Source: Candidatus Heimdallarchaeota archaeon (GTDB lineage: Archaea > Asgardarchaeota > Wukongarchaeia > Wukongarchaeales > JBHIFL01). Taken from it: 45,826 nt of DNA. The notes under the pieces are model-generated. The model was not told the DNA's origin, did no database searches, and saw only the letters and a program-made list of their open reading frames with translations. The translations under genes and the position numbers were made by a program. Shown one piece after another: positions 39,460 through 45,826 of this stretch. The DNA lies in assembly GCA_046761065.1 (NCBI GenBank), contig JBHIFL010000033.1:1-45826 (forward strand). Reading direction: 5' to 3'. Position 1 is the first letter of the stretch; every line of letters starts with the position of its first letter.

Positions 39460-40821
39460 ATGCTTATTAAAAACCAAAAAGAGTTACTATCACATGGCAA
39501 CAGGTGGGGTCGGGAGGTTGCGCTAGATGTAATAGAACATTCTATTCGGGCTGTAGACGCTTATGAACTTACAAAACAAATAGTTCGTATTAAAAATGAT
39601 AAATTAATTGTAGGAGAATTGGCCTATAACCTATTAAAATTAGGAAATATTTTCGTTATTGGGGGTGGGAAGGCAACATTTGCTATAGCTCGAGCTCTAG
39701 ATGAAATCTTAGGATCAAGAATCACAGGAGGGATTATAAATATAAAAAGAGGGGAAAACCGCAGATTGGACCATATCAAAGTCATAGAAGCAGGTCACCC
39801 AATACCAGATGAAGCAGGCTTAGAAGGAACGAAAGAAATGCTAGAGGTCGCCAAAAGGGCAAAAGAGGGAGACCTTGTATTTTGCGTCATAACAGGTGGA
39901 GCTTCAGCTTTAATGCCGTTACCTTTCGGAGAAATAAGTTTAAAAGACAAAAAGGACGTAACAGAACTGCTTCTAAACTGTGGAGCTACAATAGACGAGA
40001 TTAATCCTGTTAGAAAACATATATCGTTAATAAAAGGCGGAAGGCTTGCAACGTACATTCACCCCGCAGAAGTAATTAATTTGATAATAATTGATGAGAT
40101 AGCAGGGCGACCGTGGGGCCCAACGGTTCCGGATGTAAGTACCTTTGAGGATGCTATTAATGTTCTAAGGAAGTACCGTTTATGGGAGAAGGTTCCGAAT
40201 TCTGTAAGGGGACATCTTGAGAGGGGATTGGTGGATTCACGTTTAGAAACACCAAAATGGAATGATTTCAAAGGAATAAATGTTCATAATATAGTGTTAG
40301 CCGATAATGGGATTATGTGTGAAGCTGCGAAAAAAAGAGCTGAAGTTTTAGGGTATAAACCATTCATTTTGTCAACTAGTCTTGAAGGAGAGAGTAGGGT
40401 GGTGGGAATTATTTTGGCAAGCATCGCAAAGGAAATTGAGACGCAAAATAGGCCTTTTCGTCCTCCGTGTATTTTAATATCGGGAGGTGAAACCACCGTT
40501 ACGATCACTGGGCAACATGGGAAGGGTGGACCAAGTCAAGAACTTGTTCTCGGGGCATCTTTAAAGCTTGCTGGAAGTGAGAGAATAGTCATTGCCTCGT
40601 TAGATACAGACGGCACAGATGGTCCTACAGATGTAGCTGGAGGTATAGTAGATGGGTATACGCTTAAAAGGGCGAAAGAATCCGGTATAGATGTCTTCGA
40701 AAATCTAATGGGGCATGACGCCTCCAGAGTACTAATGACGCTTCACGATGCTATTTTTACTGGGTCAACGGGAACGAATGTAATGGATTTGAATATTGTC
40801 GTTATCGCAAGCCAACATTAA
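39460..40821 (+). CDS. Glycerate 2-kinase (MOFRL/TtuD) family protein, divergent
   Basis: GGGKA, AGHP.PD, GGASAL, RKH.S.IKGG.LA, GGETTV, TDG.DG and TG.TGTNV.D. Start trimmed to ATG 39460. Confidence 0.88.
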   Translation: MLIKNQKELLSHGNRWGREVALDVIEHSIRAVDAYELTKQIVRIKNDKLIVGELAYNLLKLGNIFVIGGGKATFAIARALDEILGSRITGGIINIKRGENRRLDHIKVIEAGHPIPDEAGLEGTKEMLEVAKRAKEGDLVFCVITGGASALMPLPFGEISLKDKKDVTELLLNCGATIDEINPVRKHISLIKGGRLATYIHPAEVINLIIIDEIAGRPWGPTVPDVSTFEDAINVLRKYRLWEKVPNSVRGHLERGLVDSRLETPKWNDFKGINVHNIVLADNGIMCEAAKKRAEVLGYKPFILSTSLEGESRVVGIILASIAKEIETQNRPFRPPCILISGGETTVTITGQHGKGGPSQELVLGASLKLAGSERIVIASLDTDGTDGPTDVAGGIVDGYTLKRAKESGIDVFENLMGHDASRVLMTLHDAIFTGSTGTNVMDLNIVVIASQH

Positions 40822-40898
40822 TAACTATCTCCCACTGTTGAGCTGCTAACGTTAATATACGCACGAATGTGAAAAATTATAATACAAGGTGCATTAAA

Positions 40899-42176
40899 TT
40901 GGAGCGATTCGAGATTAAGGAGATTAAAGCAAGAGAGATTCTTGATTGTAGAGGAAATCCAACGGTTGAGGTTGACGTTGTAACAAGGGCTGGAGTCTTA
41001 GGGAGGGCAGATGCCCCAAGTGGCCGGTCTACAGGGAAGTACGAGGCAGTTGACCTGAGGGATGGTGGTGTAAGAGCTCATGGAAAAGGGGTTCTTAAGG
41101 CTGTGAGGAATGTGAACGAGATCATAGCTCCCGCTCTAAAGGGACGAGACGTAACCAAGCAACGAGAACTTGATGCTGTGCTGATTGAGCTTGATGGGAC
41201 TGACTCTAAAGCAAATCTAGGCGCCAACGCTCTTGTAAGTGTCTCCCTTGCCATCGCAAAAGCAGCTGCTCAAGCCTTCCAGCAGCCGTTTTATCGCTAT
41301 GTTGGTGACCACGATGTCTATATTTTACCTGTGCCAATTTTGGATCTGATAGAGGGAGGCTTGCTTGCTGCAACCGAGCTTGATTTTCAAGAACATCAGG
41401 TGATCCCGGTTGCTCCAAACAGATTCTCCGAAGCGATCCGAATAGGATTAGAGGTGTATCATGAGTTAGGCAAAATATTAATGGGCACGTGGGGGAAACA
41501 CTCGTTGAACGTGGGTGTAGAAGGGGGTTATACTCCTCCAGGCATGAAAGATCCTCGAGAAGCGTTTGATGCCGAATTACAAGCGATAGAAGAACTCGGT
41601 TATGATGATAACTTTGTACTCGGTTTGGATGCTGCAGCCACACATTTGTATAATAGAAAAACCGAGAAATACACCATAATGGAGAAAGAACTCACCCGGG
41701 AGGCGCTTATGGACTTTTATGAGGAGCTGGTTACCACCTATCCACTGCAATCCATTGAAGATCCGTTAGAAGAAGAGGATTTTGAGGGTTTTGCTGTATT
41801 AACGCGAACCCTAAATATTCAAATAGTCGGCGACGACATCTTTGTTACAAACCTCAAACGCTTAAGCAAGGGCATTGAGGTAGGAGCGGCAAACGCTCTT
41901 CTCCTAAAAGTTAATCAAGTTGGGACCCTCAGCGAAGCCTTAGATGCCGCTCAACTCGCCTTTCGAAATGGGTACGGTGTACAAGTATCTGAACGGTCGG
42001 GTCAAACTGAAGACACATGGTTAGCGGATTTGGCCGTTGGGTTAAATGCAGGACAAATCAAGACTGGGGTCTCCCGGGCCGAGCGAACTGCCCAATATAA
42101 TCAACTCCTTAGAATCGAAGAGGAACTCGGTCCACAAGCGAAATTTGCCGGTAGACACTACAGGCATCCATTTTGA
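40899..42176 (+). CDS. eno: Enolase-family protein with non-canonical active-site motifs
   Basis: AREILD.RGNPTVEV, PSG.STG..EA, DFQE, SIEDP, VGDD.F, LLKVNQ.GTL, QIKTG and YNQLLRIEEEL. The TTG at 40899 follows AAGGTG. Confidence 0.85.
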   Translation: MERFEIKEIKAREILDCRGNPTVEVDVVTRAGVLGRADAPSGRSTGKYEAVDLRDGGVRAHGKGVLKAVRNVNEIIAPALKGRDVTKQRELDAVLIELDGTDSKANLGANALVSVSLAIAKAAAQAFQQPFYRYVGDHDVYILPVPILDLIEGGLLAATELDFQEHQVIPVAPNRFSEAIRIGLEVYHELGKILMGTWGKHSLNVGVEGGYTPPGMKDPREAFDAELQAIEELGYDDNFVLGLDAAATHLYNRKTEKYTIMEKELTREALMDFYEELVTTYPLQSIEDPLEEEDFEGFAVLTRTLNIQIVGDDIFVTNLKRLSKGIEVGAANALLLKVNQVGTLSEALDAAQLAFRNGYGVQVSERSGQTEDTWLADLAVGLNAGQIKTGVSRAERTAQYNQLLRIEEELGPQAKFAGRHYRHPF

Positions 42177-42239
42177 TTCGCCTGATAATTCATACTCAGA
42201 AAATATAAAGGGGGTGTGTCAAAGATGGAAGAGGTTTAT

Positions 42240-42578
42240 TCAGATCTCTACTGGTTGTCGACAAACGGGACATTTATGTTTCTCTCGAATCCAAGATGCA
42301 ACATGATCAAAGTGAGCGAGTTTCCCACAGTGAGGGCATTTCCAGATAGAATCTTGCATATCTGGTTTAATTAAACTAAAACAGATGATACAACGCTCAT
42401 CAATCCAATTCCACTCATTTTGAATCCGTTCTTCGAATTTAACAAGCTTTTCATCTCGAATTCTTTTTGTCTCTCCTTCTTCTGACCTAAGCCGAAACCA
42501 GACATTTTTCCCAAATTGGTTAGGGGTTTCCGGAATTGTTACGAGGACATTGGGTCGGAACTGAACAGAATCCCCCAA
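42240..42578 (-). CDS. RING-finger E3 ubiquitin ligase-like protein
   Basis: CIIC-x14-CPHC-x4-H-x2-H-x3-W-x6-CPVC at the C-terminus. Confidence 0.85.
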   Translation of the reverse strand: MGDSVQFRPNVLVTIPETPNQFGKNVWFRLRSEEGETKRIRDEKLVKFEERIQNEWNWIDERCIICFSLIKPDMQDSIWKCPHCGKLAHFDHVASWIREKHKCPVCRQPVEI

Positions 42579-42584
42579 TTTGGT

Positions 42585-42962
42585 CTACCCTACTCTTTTT
42601 TCCAATTCACGGAGCTTAATCTCCAAATTGACTGTATGGCTTTCGATTGTTGACTCCAGTGCAGATATATTAGCAGTAATTTTGCGAAAATTCTCTCGGG
42701 AGACGTGTCCAATGCGTGTGATTGTCTCTCGGACTTCTTCCAATTCAGTACGAATCATCTCTAATGAATAGGCTTGATCGGCAAGTAAGCGTCGAAGGGA
42801 TACATTTTCAGCTTTTAGCTCCTGAAGATCCTGAAAAAATCGTTCGGCTACCTGATGCAGCCCTTCAATGCTCGGGACTAGTCCCATCGGGGTTTTGATT
42901 ACATCTAATTCGATCTCAATTTTTTCTTTGTTTGCTGTCATGATATCGCTCCCAGAACTCAT
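42585..42962 (-). CDS. Coiled-coil protein
   Basis: Heptad pattern over the C-terminal ~85 aa. Co-oriented and in frame with the RING ORF. Confidence 0.75.
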   Translation of the reverse strand: MSSGSDIMTANKEKIEIELDVIKTPMGLVPSIEGLHQVAERFFQDLQELKAENVSLRRLLADQAYSLEMIRTELEEVRETITRIGHVSRENFRKITANISALESTIESHTVNLEIKLRELEKRVG

Positions 42963-43445
42963 TTTCTCACATCTATCAATTAGTTAAGGCTGCTTTAATA
43001 TTTTCTGTAAGAAATCTCGCCCTTATCAGTAACTACTGAATGTATCTATTTTCCGAAACATTTTTCTCTTTTTACTTCTAAATTTTAATGAGACATAGTA
43101 GGTTGGCTTCAGACTTCCCCATCATACTGTCGCTCCTACCTTGTGACAGTCTGTAAACAGTGTAAATCCCTCTCAAACGACCCTCTCTAAATATTTAATG
43201 TTCCTATTTCGTGTCTGCTCAAGAAAGAGCATTTTCAAATAGGAGAAATATCTCCTCAATTAGCGAAGAGGATGCAATCGAACTGGGGAGAGGGCTTTTC
43301 AATGATCCAGACTTTCAGAAGCAAGTGAGTCATTACCTCTGGTGGCTGAGCGAGAACGGTTGTAATACCTGGATCCCCCCAATCAATTTTTAGGGGGTAT
43401 TTCGTATAATAAATAGCACTCCTTGAAGCCTTCAACAAGCAAGAA

Positions 43446-44345
43446 GTGGTAATAGTGCGTAGACGAAGTAAACCTGCTGAAATGGACTTCATCCTCGCCC
43501 GAGAAGCACAATTGATGTATCAGAGAGCCCCCAACTTCCGACCAGTGGGAAGAGTTGTTACTCGGTGGCGCGGGGTTGTTCCCATTCGAGGAGGCCAATC
43601 CTCCACGGTGGTTATTGATTTAATTCTCCCTCCGAACTTCCCACGAGATCCTCCTATCTGCAAGATGATAAGTAATGTCACACATCCCGCCGTCGACCCT
43701 CAAGGGAACATCCGGTTAGATATCTTGGCAAAATGGAAGCCAAATTACCATCTTTATCAGGTTGTGAATCAGTTGAGGATCCTTTTGACGCAAAGGCCCC
43801 CTGTGATGTCCGTAACAATGCCCCAAGTTGAAAAAGGCCCCGCATTTGACCAAAAACCCGCTCAAGTTTCAAGTACAATATCAATTCCGCCCCAGTTTGA
43901 GGAACAGATCAAAGATCTTCAGGACCAACTTCAGCTGGTGCGATCCGAACTAAAAATCAAAGATCAAGAAGTCCATGACCTAACGAAGCTTCCCCCACAA
44001 GTTGAGCAGCGAGTGAAAGTGCTTGAGACCGAACTTCAATATGCTCAATCAACCATCCGGGAAAGAGATGAAGAGCTTGCGCGTCTAAAAGCTAAAATTG
44101 CAGTTCATAAGGTTCCTGAGATGAAAAAGGTAGAAACGGAAGCTCTAATCCCAACAGACCCAACGGAAGCCGAAATTTGGCGCTTAGAAAGTGAGAAGAT
44201 TGCAGTCGAAGAACTTTTAACCAGCTTGGAAGACAAGTACCACGATGGTGAGGTATCTCTTGAGGAATATACAAGACTCTTTAAGCGTTACCAGAAAAAC
44301 CTGTACATCTTTCGCAAGAAGTTGAAAGAACTCAAAGCAAATTAG
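43446..44345 (+). CDS. vps23: ESCRT-I Vps23/TSG101-like protein (UEV, coiled coil, steadiness box)
   Basis: E2-like fold LPPNFP..PP...HP.VD.QGNIRLDIL..W with Arg at the catalytic Cys position, a long coiled coil, and IPTDP...IWRLESEKIAVEE.L..L......G.VSLEEY. Confidence 0.88.
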   Translation: MVIVRRRSKPAEMDFILAREAQLMYQRAPNFRPVGRVVTRWRGVVPIRGGQSSTVVIDLILPPNFPRDPPICKMISNVTHPAVDPQGNIRLDILAKWKPNYHLYQVVNQLRILLTQRPPVMSVTMPQVEKGPAFDQKPAQVSSTISIPPQFEEQIKDLQDQLQLVRSELKIKDQEVHDLTKLPPQVEQRVKVLETELQYAQSTIRERDEELARLKAKIAVHKVPEMKKVETEALIPTDPTEAEIWRLESEKIAVEELLTSLEDKYHDGEVSLEEYTRLFKRYQKNLYIFRKKLKELKAN

Positions 44346-44364
44346 CTAGACCGAGGGAGTTACA

Positions 44365-45423
44365 ATGTCGAAACAACGTCGAAAAAAGAAAAAAAAGAAA
44401 CCGCATCCAATTGAGGAAAAACCAGAACCTCTCGCAACGTCAGAGGTGGAGGAGAAAGAAACATTCAGTATGAAAACGGTAGAAGCACTCGAAGAGATTC
44501 TGGATGAACTCGAAGCTAACAGTGATTCGACGATTGAAATCGAACCTCCACACGCAATTCCCCCTCCAGCTGATTTTCAAGAATCCACAACTGAAGATAT
44601 CTCAACGGCTTTAATCAAACCTCCAAAGCCATCAATATCAAGGAAATCTTATAGCTTTCCTGAACCCCCCAAATCTATCAAATCAGTTGATACAGAATCC
44701 AAAAAACGGGAAGTCCTCAGAATACCGACCAAAGTTGCAGAAAAACCTGATCCTGCGCGAGTAGAGACAAAACCTAAACCCAAGCTCAAGCCCAAAGTCA
44801 TAAGCTTGACCGAACTCAGTAAAACGGAACGAGAAAGAATCATAACCTACGAAGGAGATCTCTATGCTTCGATAGCGACTCTTGATTTCCTTACCGTAGA
44901 GTTCACGGAACATGCTACCGTTCCTCCTGACAAGTATAGGAGGTATTTACGTACCCTTCTGAGAAGTGCCGATAAAGCACAACATGCTTTGGAAAAACTC
45001 GGAGTAGAAGTTCCTAACTTCATTGAACGGGAAAATTTGGCACACCATTTCCCAAAAGGAATAGATATCCTGGATAAACACCTAAAAGGTGTTCTAGTGA
45101 TCCCTTCCTACGATCTGACCCAGCTCCCAAGGAAATCTGCAACATTTGTTAGCATTTGCATCGAACTCATAGATCTGCTTAGATTGGGAGAATTAGCCCG
45201 AGTTGAATTGCTTCTTCCCCTCTTAGATGATCTTGCCCGGGTTCTTGAAAGCATCTCTTTTATTAGAGGAGAATATTGGTCAGTTAAGGAAATCCGAGAA
45301 TGGATCAAAACTCTAGAACTTGAGCGTCCTGAAACGATTCTAAGTGAAAGTTTGGCTGGGAAATTGGAGCTACAAGCCGATCGATGGTTGCGAGATTTTA
45401 AAAATCAATTATCGAATATTTAG
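44365..45423 (+). CDS. vps28: ESCRT-I Vps28-like protein with long disordered N-terminal extension
   Basis: ERE......DLYA.I.TL..L......V....Y......LL headpiece hairpin and the four-helix C-terminal domain VS..I.L.D.LRL......L.P.L..L...WI..L......L. Confidence 0.88.
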   Translation: MSKQRRKKKKKKPHPIEEKPEPLATSEVEEKETFSMKTVEALEEILDELEANSDSTIEIEPPHAIPPPADFQESTTEDISTALIKPPKPSISRKSYSFPEPPKSIKSVDTESKKREVLRIPTKVAEKPDPARVETKPKPKLKPKVISLTELSKTERERIITYEGDLYASIATLDFLTVEFTEHATVPPDKYRRYLRTLLRSADKAQHALEKLGVEVPNFIERENLAHHFPKGIDILDKHLKGVLVIPSYDLTQLPRKSATFVSICIELIDLLRLGELARVELLLPLLDDLARVLESISFIRGEYWSVKEIREWIKTLELERPETILSESLAGKLELQADRWLRDFKNQLSNI

Positions 45424-45517
45424 AAGTCAATGTCTAAACAAGCCCTAACGCGGTCCTTAAGGGTTCGCGAAGTGCAGTGCTTCAGCTATCTATCCATTGA
45501 TTTTTTTGGAAAATCTG

Positions 45518-45715
45518 CTAATCTTTGACAAGAAAATAGATAATTAAGCCACAAAGTGGATAAAGTATACCATACAGAACAAAGGGGCTATCAATCGAAA
45601 TTAAAGTCCAGAAAGTCGCTCCTGCTATTGGACCTACCATGTCTCCAAGGTCATCTCCCATCTCTATGATCGATCTTGAGGTTGTTCTTTTATTTGCCGG
45701 TAAGACTTTGCCCAT
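45518..45715 (-). pseudogene. Probable C-terminal fragment of an MFS-type transporter
   Basis: DLG.MVGPIAG......PF......LIIYFLVKD resembles the last two MFS helices; only 65 aa. Confidence 0.4.
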
Positions 45716-45826
45716 TAATAGCTTTTTCCGAAATTCACAATTTGCCCAATCCGGCCAGTTCTGGGCTTTAAAACCGGGCCCCCATTTTTCGTCGGATAAC
45801 TTTTAAATAGTGGCCCCCGGGAAGGG

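Noticed and set aside
45811-45826. Window end reads CCCTTCCCGGGGGCCA on the minus strand, like a tRNA 3' end
   Set aside because: Only 16 nt are visible, with no T-loop or anticodon arm in the window. It needs the flanking sequence and a tRNA scan.
1-45826. Genome-wide stop-codon recoding suggested by several in-frame stops
   Set aside because: TAA, TAG and TGA all terminate intact conserved genes here, and most interrupted genes also have frameshifts or multiple stops.

Overview
Most likely Asgard archaeal DNA (inferred from gene content; class not assignable by eye). Archaeal housekeeping genes include PolB1-type DNA polymerase, archaeal SAM synthetase, MptA/FolE2 with QueD, an HMf-type histone, CooC and MmsA. 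They are interleaved with eukaryotic-signature genes: two divergent gelsolin-like genes, an E2, a Rab-like GTPase, a TRAP-beta/BatD-like glycoprotein, a Zn-ribbon-Yip1 protein, a pro-ubiquitin (GG-NLT), a RING E3 and an adjacent ESCRT-I pair (UEV-Vps23, Vps28). The ~2-17.5 kb segment is accessory. It holds a divergent CCA-like nucleotidyltransferase fused to a degenerate HD domain, a HEAT-repeat gene, a sharp G/C-skew inversion around an AT-rich intergenic region, an AbiE-like toxin-antitoxin pair with two palindromic operators, a 1319-aa mosaic surface protein and several pseudogenes. Best candidates for undescribed biology: (1) a dispersed Ub-ESCRT-I system with a third steadiness-box protein, a ubiquitin lacking K48 and K63, and a coiled-coil/RING pair split by one in-frame TAG; (2) a glycerate-kinase/enolase pair in which both enzymes have altered substrate-side motifs; (3) the non-canonical CCA-like/HD enzyme near an AbiEii-like nucleotidyltransferase. 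All family calls come from motif recognition by eye; no searches were run.
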